Source: an uncultured Gammaproteobacteria bacterium (lineage in GTDB: Bacteria > Patescibacteriota > Microgenomatia > Levybacterales > UBA12049). From it: a DNA stretch of 64,000 nt. Each line of letters opens with the position of its first letter. Positions within the stretch are counted from its first letter, which is position 1. The translations under genes and the position numbers were made by a program. The stretch covers positions 1,121,887 to 1,185,886 of the forward strand of contig OZ246394.1 in NCBI GenBank assembly GCA_965230895.1. Reading direction: 5' to 3'. The notes beneath the pieces are model-generated. The model was given only the letters and a program-made list of their open reading frames with translations. It searched no databases and was not told where the DNA came from. Below, one piece after another: positions 39,946-49,848 of the stretch.

Positions 39946-41613
39946 ATGCATCTGATCCTTAAGAATAAATATACGTATTTCGTTTCTATACTCACTATTT
40001 TAGGCTTTTTTCTCCATTTTTATAATCTTAATTGGGGTGCTCCATATTATTTTCATCCTGATGAAAGAAATGTCGCAAGTGCAATATCGCAACTTCGATT
40101 CCCCGAACAATTAAATCCTAATTTTTTTGCATACGGTTCGTTTCCTATTTATGTTGTTTTCTTCACGGGGCTTCTTTTTAATACAATTACAAATAATCCA
40201 CTCCATGGGCAAATTCCTTTTGATCAAGCGATCATTATCGGGAGGATGTATTCTGCGATTTTCGCAACAGCGCTTATACCATTGCTTTATATTTTGGGTA
40301 CAAAACTTCATGATAAACGGACTGGCGTAATTGCGGCAACATTTACCACATTAAGTACAGGATTTATCCAATTTGCACATTTCGGAACATTTGAGCTTTG
40401 GCTTACATTCTTTACTACCGTTCTCTTCTGGTTATGTCTAAAACTTTTAGAAAGAAAAACCATCAGGTACGTACTTCTTATTGGATTAGTTTGTGGGATA
40501 CTTGTTGCAACAAAAATTTCGCATCTTACTATTCTTCCGTTGCCACTTTTAGCATTAATAGCACTCCATATTAAAGGAAAGGGCAAGCATCATCACAAAT
40601 TCACTCGGCTATTGTTCTTTGTCCAAGAACTTGCACTTTTAGGAATTACTACTTTACTCATTTATTTTGCAACCAATCCATATGTGCTACTTGATTTCAA
40701 TGCCTTTTTTGCAAGCATGAACTATGAATCAAGTGTTGGATTAAATACGCTTCCTGTATTTTATACTCAAGGATTTTACGAGACGATACCTGTCTTTTAT
40801 CAATTTCTTAATATTTATCCATTCCTCCTTAACCCGATTATGACTATTCTTTTTGTCTTTACTTTTATATTCATCCTTGTCTGGGCAATTCGTTACAAAA
40901 ATTTACAGTATCTTTTGCTGCTGGGATTTTTCATTATTCTTTTTGTTTCTCAATCTTTTCTTTTTATTAAATGGGCTCGGTATATGATACCAACACTCCC
41001 CTTTCTCTATCTCATTATTGCCTTAACACTTTCGCATGTGCTTTTCAGGAAATCGTATGTTGCAAATGTCGCGAAGCATAGTCTAATGCGCGTAATAGTT
41101 ATTTCAATTTTTATTGTTAACACAATTTTTTCTCTTTCTTATTTTGTGACAGCCTTCGTCCAACCGGATACAAGAATCTCAGCTGCCACTTTTTCACGTC
41201 AGGCAATCCCCGCTACTGCAGCTGTTTTGACTGAAACATATGATATTGGAATAACACCTTTCAATAGTATCTTTACAAAGATAGTTATTTTTAACACCTA
41301 TGATCTTGATAGTGACTCACTTGAATATAACGAGACAACTTTGAATGAAATTGCAAAAAATTCAGATTATATAATCATCCCAAGTCAACGCGTACTGCAA
41401 ACACGTATCAATAACCCACAGCGTTACCCTATTGGCAATAAATTTTATAGTTCGTTAATGCATGGCAAATTCGGATATACCAAGGTTTATGAGACACCAT
41501 GTGACACAATCTGTAAAATTGCCTACTTAGGGGATCCTATCTATCACTTTGAACAGACGATTAATGTCTTTGACCGTCCAACTGTATTTATTTTCAAGAA
41601 TAATACTAAATAA
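39946..41613 (+). CDS. GT-C fold membrane glycosyltransferase (ArnT/PMT_2-like)
   Basis: FHPDE luminal-loop motif, many TMs, GRMYSA, ATK, RYMIP. Confidence 0.8.
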   Translation: MHLILKNKYTYFVSILTILGFFLHFYNLNWGAPYYFHPDERNVASAISQLRFPEQLNPNFFAYGSFPIYVVFFTGLLFNTITNNPLHGQIPFDQAIIIGRMYSAIFATALIPLLYILGTKLHDKRTGVIAATFTTLSTGFIQFAHFGTFELWLTFFTTVLFWLCLKLLERKTIRYVLLIGLVCGILVATKISHLTILPLPLLALIALHIKGKGKHHHKFTRLLFFVQELALLGITTLLIYFATNPYVLLDFNAFFASMNYESSVGLNTLPVFYTQGFYETIPVFYQFLNIYPFLLNPIMTILFVFTFIFILVWAIRYKNLQYLLLLGFFIILFVSQSFLFIKWARYMIPTLPFLYLIIALTLSHVLFRKSYVANVAKHSLMRVIVISIFIVNTIFSLSYFVTAFVQPDTRISAATFSRQAIPATAAVLTETYDIGITPFNSIFTKIVIFNTYDLDSDSLEYNETTLNEIAKNSDYIIIPSQRVLQTRINNPQRYPIGNKFYSSLMHGKFGYTKVYETPCDTICKIAYLGDPIYHFEQTINVFDRPTVFIFKNNTK

Positions 41614-41630
41614 AAATGTACAATAAACAT

Positions 41631-43310
41631 ATGTTGAAACAAAACTTACTTGCAAAAATTATCCTTCTTGGGATCGTACTCTTAGGTGGATTTTTGAGAT
41701 TTTATGATTTTGACTGGGATCAAGGACAACATCTCCATCCAGATGAAAGATTCTTAACAATGGTCGGGACCTCTATGATTATGCCAATTTCGTTTGCAGA
41801 TTATATGAATCCCGATACCTCGACGTTCAATCCCGCAAATATTGGTCATTCATTTTATGTTTATGGGACATTGCCAGTTGTCCTCACTAAGCTTATCGCA
41901 ATAAATCTAGGCTATGACAATTATGGGGATATCACGATTCTTGGACGATTATTTTCGGGCTTCGTAGATATACTGACAATTATTGTTATATATAAAATTA
42001 CTTCTTTACTTCAAAAACGGCATAAACTCCATCCGCATATCAAATATTGGGCTTCCTTTTTCTATGCCATTACTGTTTTACCGATACAACTCTCTCATTA
42101 TTTTGCAGTGGATACATTCCTCAATTTCTTTATGATAACTGCATTTTATCTTATGTTGCGTTTTAGTTATACAAAAAACCTAGCATTTGTAGCAGTAAGC
42201 GCAATTTTCTTTGGACTGGCTATTGGTTCAAAAATAAGTGCAATTTATATAGCGCCCCTGTTAGCATTCTTCTTAGTTAAAACATATATTCCCCATTTCC
42301 CAGTCCATAAAAAAGCTATTATCCACATCCTCTTATCTGGTTTCATTTTCAGTTTTACTGCATATTTAATTGGAAGATTAGCAGATCCTTACCTTTTTCA
42401 AACCGGAAATATTTTTGATCCGACAATAAGCAAACTCTTTCTTGATAACATCGATGCTTTAAAAAATTGGGGAAGCGCTGATGCATGGTTTCCACCAAGT
42501 GTCCAATGGATAAATAAAATACCAATTGTGTATCCACTGATAAATCTTGTACTTCTTGGCATAGGTGTTGGATATACGATTTTTCTTATCTGGGGTGCTA
42601 TCCAATTATTCAGGAGATATACTCATATTGATTTTATAGCAATTTTTTCTTGGACCCTATTCTTTTTTCTTTATCAAGGATTACAGTTTTCAACTACAAT
42701 GCGTTACTTCTTGCCACTCTATCCATTCTTAGCGTTGCTTGCTGCAATCGGTTTTTATGAACTTACGAAACATCGATCCAATGTCATTAGATTTATGTGC
42801 ATCATTTCTGTTGTACTTTGGACAATGTTTTTCTTTTCAATATATACTCTGCCACATACACGAAATACCGCAAGTATATGGATTTACGATCATATTCCAA
42901 ATGGACGTACACTGCTCAGTGAACATTGGGATGATAGCCTACCACTAGGTACAAATCCTCCATCACAAAAAACATATACACTTGAACAGCTTCCTGTATT
43001 TGATCCAGATACATCAGAAAAGTGGCAAAAAATGGATGAACTATTGGACAGGGGTGACTATCTAATACTCTCTTCAAATCGTGGTTGGGGCAGTATACCA
43101 ACAGTACCTGACAGATATCCTCAAACAACAAAGTACTACAAAGATTTATTAGGAGGAAATTCAAAGTATAAAAAAGTTGCAGAGTTTACATCCTATCCGT
43201 CACTTAACTATCTGGGTATTCCAATAAGTATTCCCGATGATTGGGCGGAGGAAGCTTTTACTGTCTATGATCATCCTAAAGTTATGATCTTTGAGAATAC
43301 AGAAAAATAA
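41631..43310 (+). CDS. GT-C fold membrane glycosyltransferase (ArnT/PMT_2-like)
   Basis: LHPDERF, YGTLP, GRLFS, RYFLPLYP, EHWDD, EAFTVYDHPKV. Confidence 0.85.
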   Translation: MLKQNLLAKIILLGIVLLGGFLRFYDFDWDQGQHLHPDERFLTMVGTSMIMPISFADYMNPDTSTFNPANIGHSFYVYGTLPVVLTKLIAINLGYDNYGDITILGRLFSGFVDILTIIVIYKITSLLQKRHKLHPHIKYWASFFYAITVLPIQLSHYFAVDTFLNFFMITAFYLMLRFSYTKNLAFVAVSAIFFGLAIGSKISAIYIAPLLAFFLVKTYIPHFPVHKKAIIHILLSGFIFSFTAYLIGRLADPYLFQTGNIFDPTISKLFLDNIDALKNWGSADAWFPPSVQWINKIPIVYPLINLVLLGIGVGYTIFLIWGAIQLFRRYTHIDFIAIFSWTLFFFLYQGLQFSTTMRYFLPLYPFLALLAAIGFYELTKHRSNVIRFMCIISVVLWTMFFFSIYTLPHTRNTASIWIYDHIPNGRTLLSEHWDDSLPLGTNPPSQKTYTLEQLPVFDPDTSEKWQKMDELLDRGDYLILSSNRGWGSIPTVPDRYPQTTKYYKDLLGGNSKYKKVAEFTSYPSLNYLGIPISIPDDWAEEAFTVYDHPKVMIFENTEK

Positions 43311-43311
43311 C

Positions 43312-44445
43312 TTATTGTAAGATTGATTGATATGCTTCTAAAACTTTTTGTGTTGAATATATCTTATGCAGAGCTTCTTTACTTTTAATATAACTTTTTT
43401 TGTATTTAATAACTTGCACTAACTTGTCAGCAAAATCTTTCGAATTTTTCATTTTGGCAACCTCTCCCATTCCTGTCTGCTGGACAATTGTCCGAACTCC
43501 AGGAAGATTTGAAGAAACCACAGGGGTACCACAATACATTGCTTCAACCTGAACCATACCAAAGACTTCTGTCGGATTTATACTTGGTAATACAAGCACA
43601 TCAAGCATGCTATAAAACGCACCAAGTTCTGAATCTTTTAGTTCTCCAATAGTAATTATGTGATCTTTATACTTATTTAAATACCCTTGTATTCTCTTCT
43701 GATACGCCCTCTCTCCTACAACCTGTTCAGGTCCAGCAAGAACGATTGCAAATGGTTTATTAAGTAACGCTTGAATCCTCGGTATTGCTTCAAATACATA
43801 TTCAATCCCCTTTTCGGAGGCCAGTCTGCCAACGAAGCCAATATATTTTTTCTGTAAATCCGGAAACCGTTGTTGAAGACTTTGTTTTGAAGAAGATAAG
43901 ATTTTAGGTTCCAAAATAACTGGAGGAATAATATGTATAGGCTTTGTAATACTGCGTAATGTCTTTGAAAAGTTCTTATAATCTTTTGTTAATGTTATGA
44001 CATCATTTGATAATGAAAGCGAGAGATTATTGCTCCATTGAAGCATCCGAACAACAATGTTGTTGGTTAAACTTCCACTCATAGTGACATCACAGATATA
44101 AATACTGTGAACTTTTTTTCTTAATAACTTCGCAATAAGCGCAACTATGCATCCTTCAAATTGGGGTAAGTTAATAAGCACATGATCTGACGATTTCACT
44201 TCTTTATATACTGCATACCACCAGCCTGGCATCAAGAACCCCTTACTTAATCTGAGAATGAATGGAACACGAAATACTTGAACATGATTAATTGTTTCTT
44301 CACGCGGTAAAGATTTTTTATGTTGTGCTGTAATGACATGAACAACGTACCCATTTTTGGCTAAAAGCTCGGCTACATTTTTTATAGAATTGGTAAGCCC
44401 ACTGATATGTGGTGCATAATAAGCTGCACTGATAAGAATTTTCAT
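43312..44445 (-). CDS. Glycosyltransferase family 4 (GT-B)
   Basis: FVGRLASEKG, VLPS..EVFGMVQVEAMYCGTPVV. Confidence 0.92.
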   Translation of the reverse strand: MKILISAAYYAPHISGLTNSIKNVAELLAKNGYVVHVITAQHKKSLPREETINHVQVFRVPFILRLSKGFLMPGWWYAVYKEVKSSDHVLINLPQFEGCIVALIAKLLRKKVHSIYICDVTMSGSLTNNIVVRMLQWSNNLSLSLSNDVITLTKDYKNFSKTLRSITKPIHIIPPVILEPKILSSSKQSLQQRFPDLQKKYIGFVGRLASEKGIEYVFEAIPRIQALLNKPFAIVLAGPEQVVGERAYQKRIQGYLNKYKDHIITIGELKDSELGAFYSMLDVLVLPSINPTEVFGMVQVEAMYCGTPVVSSNLPGVRTIVQQTGMGEVAKMKNSKDFADKLVQVIKYKKSYIKSKEALHKIYSTQKVLEAYQSILQ

Positions 44446-44501
44446 AAAAACCGCTTTTGCAAAGCAATACTGAGTGTTATACAATACATTATACTACTAG
44501 T

Positions 44502-45059
44502 ATGAAGATAGGATTTGACTTAGACCGAGTTTTTATTAACACTCCACCATTTGTTCCTGGCAAAATTATTACTAAACTTTATAAAAAGAAGGATAATGGT
44601 GTCTTACTTTACAGAATACCTTCCCATTCAGAACAGCTCTTCCGGAAAGCAACGCATCACCCGCTTCTGCGCCCACCTATTGAAGAGAATTTAACTGTTT
44701 TGAGAAGTATTGCAAATAAAAATAATAAACTATACCTCATATCCAGTCGTTATAAATTCCTTGAAGACATCACAGGAAAACTTGTGAAGAGACACGGTCT
44801 TGATGACATTTTTGAAAAGCTTTACTTCAACTATGATAACAAACAACCTCACATATTTAAAAATGATATTCTCAAAAAACTAAAGCTTGATATGTATATT
44901 GATGATGATCTCTCATTGCTCCAATTTGTCGCCAAAGAAAATCCGAAGACTAAATTTTATTGGCTTGAAACTGATGAGAAGGATAGCGCCTTGGCTCATC
45001 ATAAAAAGTTAGAAAAAAATGTCTTCCCTATATCCAATTTATCCACTATACTAAGCTAA
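44502..45059 (+). CDS. HAD-superfamily phosphatase (5'(3')-nucleotidase-like)
   Basis: IGFDLD motif I, ISSR motif II, K...YIDD motifs III/IV. Confidence 0.7.
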   Translation: MKIGFDLDRVFINTPPFVPGKIITKLYKKKDNGVLLYRIPSHSEQLFRKATHHPLLRPPIEENLTVLRSIANKNNKLYLISSRYKFLEDITGKLVKRHGLDDIFEKLYFNYDNKQPHIFKNDILKKLKLDMYIDDDLSLLQFVAKENPKTKFYWLETDEKDSALAHHKKLEKNVFPISNLSTILS

Positions 45060-45060
45060 T

Positions 45061-47337
45061 ATGTTACCGTCAGATATTTATGCAGTATTGCAATGGTGGT
45101 CTATAATTCTTCTTATTGGAGTTGGCTTTCTTCCACTCACATTCCTTCTCTTCGACAAATTTTTTGATAAGGGATATATTTTTGCAAAACTTATTGGACT
45201 TATCCTCATAGGGTATTTCATTTTCGTACTAGGTGTTTTTAGAATTTTGCCATTCACGACTATTAGTATCTTCGTCGCCTTTTTTATACTAGTTATTGCC
45301 CAGATAGTTCTTCTTCCCAAAAAGTGGCGAATACTTTTCGTCCTTAAGAAATTTTGGCCAGTCTTTATCATCGAAGAAGTCCTATTTTTAACAATACTTT
45401 TCATCTGGGCATATATTCATTCTTTCGCCCCAGATATCCATGGATTAGAAAAGTATATGGACTTTGGCTTTATTAATTCGTTCTTGAGATCAGATTATTT
45501 ACCAGCCAAAGACATGTGGTTTACTCCATTTACTATTAATTACTATTACTTTGGACATTTACTGACAGCAATGTTGACAAAGATGTCAGGACTTTCATCT
45601 TCAATTACATTTAATCTTATGCTTTCAACCATCGTCGCTTTTTGCTTTGTCCAGACATTTTCAATCGGAGCAAATCTTTATGTGCACTTAACCCAAAATC
45701 CGAAAATCGCAAAATTAAAACTCGCAGTCGCTGGTTTTTTAAGCGCAGCACTTGTCACATTCGCTGGTAATCTTCATATTTTCTATGCGTTCTTTAAACC
45801 ATATAAAGCCGATGCTCCTGTACCATTCTGGCAATTACAATTTAGTCCGGCGGACTTCCCAAACTCATACTGGTATCCAAATGCTACTCGTTTTATTTAT
45901 AACACTATTCATGAATTCCCTATTTACTCCTGGGTTGTTGCCGATCTGCACGGACATGTATTAGATATTCCATTTGTTCTCTTAACAATAGGTTTACTCT
46001 TGGCACTTGTTTTGAATAGCACGACAAAGAATCCTGATGAAGAGCCAAAACTTAATAATACATTCCAAGTGCATCCTCTGTTCCTTATATTTACAGGTCT
46101 TCTCCTAGCTTGTATGTATATGACCAATGCTTGGGATGGGGCGATCTATTTATTACTTGTAGGATTAGTTCTCCTTTATGTTCATGGTACAAAAGCAGAA
46201 CTTTATAAAAAGGCATTTGATACAGAAGAAAAACCGGTAGTGGAAGTTCTGAAAAAAGCGAGTGATTCTGGCAAGAAAATAAGACGTTTTCAAGAATGGC
46301 AGTTTGCACTCGGTCGAGATTTTGTACTCGCTTTTCTGGTAGTTTTGGCTTCATTCTTTGCTTTCACAACACCATACAATATTAATTTTGATCCATTTGT
46401 CTCAGGAATTGGAGTTCTTTGTGCTCCTGAATTCCTAACTAATTTACAAAAGGTTGGACCTTTCCTTTTTGAAGCAAATCATTGCCAAAAATCATATCCT
46501 TGGCAATTATTTACTCTTTATGGTTTCTTCTACTTCTTTGTTGTTATTTTCGCAATTGCAATATTACGAGCAAAGGAGCATAAAGCTACAGATATTTTTG
46601 TATTAATGCTAGTTATACTCTCTACATTCCTCATTATTATTCCAGAATTTTTCTATGTAAAAGATATTTATCCTGCTCACTATCGAGCAAACACTATGTT
46701 TAAACTTGTCTTCCAAGCATTTATTATGCTCGGTTTAAGTAGTGCGTATATCATCGTCCGTTCTTTTGTACTTATGCAGTTTTCAAATCTTAGCGCGCTT
46801 AAAAGGTTAGGAATGATTTTATATCTATTTACGACAATCACTCTCGTCTACTTTGTACTTACTTATCCATACCTTGCAGTAAAAGCATATTATGGAGATT
46901 TCAAAAACTATCAAGGGCTCAATGGCATCGCTTATTTGCAAAAATTATATCCGGCAGATTATGACGCAATTGCTTGGCTTAACGAAAATGTAAAAGGACA
47001 ACCGGTTATTCTTGAAGCACAAGGAGACTCATATACTGATTTTGGAAGAGTATCAACAAATACAGGATTGCCGACGGTTCTTGGATGGACGGTCCATGAA
47101 TGGTTATGGCGCGGATCATATGATATCCCTTCACCAAGAATTGAAGAGGTAAAGACGTTATATGAAACAGGTGATATAAATGTTACAAAGAACCTTATTA
47201 AAAAATATAATATTCAATATGTTTTCATCGGGAATATGGAATTCCAGAAACATCCAAATCTCGACGCAGATAAATTTAACCAATTAGGAAAAGTTGTCTT
47301 CCAAAAAGAGAATACAAGAATCTATAAATTGAATTAG
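45061..47337 (+). CDS. DUF2298 (YYY-type) polytopic membrane protein, probable GT-C-like transferase
   Basis: EKYMDFG, INYYYFG, IHEFP...DLHGH, NAWD, RANTMFK, TGLPTVLGW..HE..WR. Confidence 0.85.
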   Translation: MLPSDIYAVLQWWSIILLIGVGFLPLTFLLFDKFFDKGYIFAKLIGLILIGYFIFVLGVFRILPFTTISIFVAFFILVIAQIVLLPKKWRILFVLKKFWPVFIIEEVLFLTILFIWAYIHSFAPDIHGLEKYMDFGFINSFLRSDYLPAKDMWFTPFTINYYYFGHLLTAMLTKMSGLSSSITFNLMLSTIVAFCFVQTFSIGANLYVHLTQNPKIAKLKLAVAGFLSAALVTFAGNLHIFYAFFKPYKADAPVPFWQLQFSPADFPNSYWYPNATRFIYNTIHEFPIYSWVVADLHGHVLDIPFVLLTIGLLLALVLNSTTKNPDEEPKLNNTFQVHPLFLIFTGLLLACMYMTNAWDGAIYLLLVGLVLLYVHGTKAELYKKAFDTEEKPVVEVLKKASDSGKKIRRFQEWQFALGRDFVLAFLVVLASFFAFTTPYNINFDPFVSGIGVLCAPEFLTNLQKVGPFLFEANHCQKSYPWQLFTLYGFFYFFVVIFAIAILRAKEHKATDIFVLMLVILSTFLIIIPEFFYVKDIYPAHYRANTMFKLVFQAFIMLGLSSAYIIVRSFVLMQFSNLSALKRLGMILYLFTTITLVYFVLTYPYLAVKAYYGDFKNYQGLNGIAYLQKLYPADYDAIAWLNENVKGQPVILEAQGDSYTDFGRVSTNTGLPTVLGWTVHEWLWRGSYDIPSPRIEEVKTLYETGDINVTKNLIKKYNIQYVFIGNMEFQKHPNLDADKFNQLGKVVFQKENTRIYKLN

Positions 47338-47348
47338 TTATTTGAAAT

Positions 47349-47840
47349 TCAAGGTTGATTATTTACTAATGAAAATCCTTTCATAATTGCTTGTATCTCA
47401 GCATCATTTCCAGCTTTCTTTGTACTCACTACTTTTGTTTGAATTTCTTCCTTGGAAAACCAACCAAACTGAGAGTGGTCTTCTGGATGCAACTGGATCA
47501 TTTCGAAAGAATCTACAAACTGCGCAAAATAAATAACCTCGATAGAATGAGAACCTTTCACTTCATTCATGTATGTAAAAACTGCAAAGGGATTTCCTAC
47601 TGTAATTTCCATATTGAACTCTTCTCTAATTTCACGTTTTAATCCCTCTACAATATCTTCTCCGAAATCTATATGTCCACCAGGTAATTCGTAAACATCT
47701 GGAAGGAATTTTTTGGTAGCAGCTCTTTTTGGCAGAAATAGTTTTGTTGTATTTTCGAAGGTTGCATGAATGAAAGCGCAGGCTGTTATAACTTGCTGCC
47801 CTTGAGCAGGAATCTCGCTATCATGTTTTACTTCTGCCAT
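47349..47840 (-). CDS. NUDIX hydrolase
   Basis: ELPGGHIDFGEDIVEGLKREIREE Nudix box. Confidence 0.9.
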   Translation of the reverse strand: MAEVKHDSEIPAQGQQVITACAFIHATFENTTKLFLPKRAATKKFLPDVYELPGGHIDFGEDIVEGLKREIREEFNMEITVGNPFAVFTYMNEVKGSHSIEVIYFAQFVDSFEMIQLHPEDHSQFGWFSKEEIQTKVVSTKKAGNDAEIQAIMKGFSLVNNQP

Positions 47841-47841
47841 A

Positions 47842-49047
47842 TTAATTCTTTGAAGTCTTTGTGGGTTTTGCTGTTGGAATTGGTGTTGGTGTTAAAATAC
47901 CAAATTCCCCAACTTTACAATCAATTCCTTTTATTTGGCAGGCAATATACTCTTGTATCTCACCATATTCACCATTCCCCGCTCTTGGAGAAAGAACCCA
48001 TTGGTTTTTGTACTCCGGACTTATTGGAGGGTTTAACAAAAGTCCATACCGATCCTCTGACTGGTCCCCTGTGTCTATAATCGCACTCTTTATTCTGGCA
48101 CCTTCCATCTTCTTAGCCAGCTTAATAAAATCATCATATTCATCTTCAGAAATATCTGTTTTTATACTGTCCTGCAATGTTGTCATAAGGCCAACAAGCT
48201 TAACTGGATTAAGGAATGTATCGACTGAAAGGATCCGGTCCTTAAACGCTGCGATTACTTTTTCTTGCCTCTTAGAGCGTGCAAAATCAGAGCCTTCCTT
48301 TCCAGTTCCGTGACGAGAACGGACATATTTTAGCGCAGTTTCTCCACTCATTTTTTGTTTACCTTTATCAAAATGGAGATGCTCGTATCTGCATGGAAAT
48401 GCATCGACTTCTGATGCGCTTCCTGACGCAATTTCGGCTGATAAACTTGCAATCCGATCTTCAGTGAGTCCGCACGCATCCGCCTCCATGCCAGAGATCG
48501 GATATTGATAGTCATCAAATGTATTATCCACTTCAAGCTCCAATCCTCCGACCATGTCTACCATTTTTTCAAACCCTCCAAAGTCTATCTTTACAGCATA
48601 GTCAATTGGTTGGTTCAACATATTTCCAACAAGAGCTTTTGTCGCCTTTAGACCGTTCCCTTCTTCTTTCTGTTCAGCAAACGTATATGTTGTATTAATC
48701 TTTGCTCCTAAATCAGGTACCCATGTATCTCGAGGAATTGAAACAAGTGTGACACGTTTGGTATTTGGATCTATATTTGCGTAAATGATTGTGTCAGTTA
48801 AATCAGGCCCATCATGATTACCTCCACCAACACCTAAAAGCAATAGATTTACTTTCTGATCTGGAGAACTAGCTTTTTTCAGTTGAATTTCCTGCTTAAA
48901 TATGAGTTCCCATAAGACAGGTATATATTTACCGGCCTTCACAAGCCCTATCCCAAGTAAAACCGCAAGAAAAACCAGTAGAGCAATTTTTACTCTACTT
49001 CTAACAGGTTTTCTCCGTCGTGAACGTAAAGGTGTGTGATGGTCCAT
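47842..49047 (-). CDS. LytR-CpsA-Psr (LCP) family glycopolymer transferase
   Basis: TM; NLLLLG, LTDTI, SIPRD, KIN, YVRSRH, SDFARSKRQ. Confidence 0.93.
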   Translation of the reverse strand: MDHHTPLRSRRRKPVRSRVKIALLVFLAVLLGIGLVKAGKYIPVLWELIFKQEIQLKKASSPDQKVNLLLLGVGGGNHDGPDLTDTIIYANIDPNTKRVTLVSIPRDTWVPDLGAKINTTYTFAEQKEEGNGLKATKALVGNMLNQPIDYAVKIDFGGFEKMVDMVGGLELEVDNTFDDYQYPISGMEADACGLTEDRIASLSAEIASGSASEVDAFPCRYEHLHFDKGKQKMSGETALKYVRSRHGTGKEGSDFARSKRQEKVIAAFKDRILSVDTFLNPVKLVGLMTTLQDSIKTDISEDEYDDFIKLAKKMEGARIKSAIIDTGDQSEDRYGLLLNPPISPEYKNQWVLSPRAGNGEYGEIQEYIACQIKGIDCKVGEFGILTPTPIPTAKPTKTSKN

Positions 49048-49072
49048 GAATTAAACAATAATTGATGATGAA

Positions 49073-49738
49073 TTAAGCATTCTCTATAAGTTTAACGAAT
49101 TTATCCGCGTCGAGACTCGCGCCTCCGACAAGGGCGCCGTCAATTGATGGAGATTGCGTAAAGTCATGAATATTTTCGGGAGTAACACTCCCACCATAGA
49201 GAACGAATTCCACTTGAGGATTTTTCTCTTTTATCGTTTTAACTACTTTTTCTGCGTTTTCTGGAGTATCTGGATGTCCAGAGCCGATTGCAAAAATAGG
49301 TTCATATGCTACAAGCGTTACTCCTTCTGGAATAGGAGTATTTTCATCTTGCACGCAAAATATTGGTGTTAGATTACTCTTCAATGCCATTGCTACCTTC
49401 TTCGCCAAAAGTTCATCATCTTCATTAAAAAGCTTTCTGCGTTCTGAATGGCCAATAATTGCATAATCAGCGAATTCTTTTATTTCTTCAGCTGTGACCT
49501 CTCCTGTATATGCGCCTTCGTCAAAAGGAGATACATCCTCGCTTCCAAATGAAACAGGAAGGATAACTTCATTCGAATATGATTTTAATAACGGTAATAA
49601 GGTATAGGGGGCACAAACAACAGCAACTTTATTTTCATGCTTTTCTAAACCTGCATTTGCTAAATGTTGCAGCCAATCATTTGTATCTTGAGTCGTTTTA
49701 TTTGACTTCCAATTAGCGATGATAAAGAGTTTCTTCAT
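49073..49738 (-). CDS. tpiA: Triosephosphate isomerase (compact form)
   Basis: ANWK, GAYTGE, GHSERR, AYEPIFAIG, YGGSV, LVGGASL. Confidence 0.95.
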   Translation of the reverse strand: MKKLFIIANWKSNKTTQDTNDWLQHLANAGLEKHENKVAVVCAPYTLLPLLKSYSNEVILPVSFGSEDVSPFDEGAYTGEVTAEEIKEFADYAIIGHSERRKLFNEDDELLAKKVAMALKSNLTPIFCVQDENTPIPEGVTLVAYEPIFAIGSGHPDTPENAEKVVKTIKEKNPQVEFVLYGGSVTPENIHDFTQSPSIDGALVGGASLDADKFVKLIENA

Positions 49739-49848
49739 ATGCTACAATGGGTGTACTTTACGTCATTGCGTGGCAACCTCTTTTTCGAAATTTTGCCATT
49801 CTGTCCTTCAGAACTTCTCGCAATGACAACCAATATTCATTATACTCT

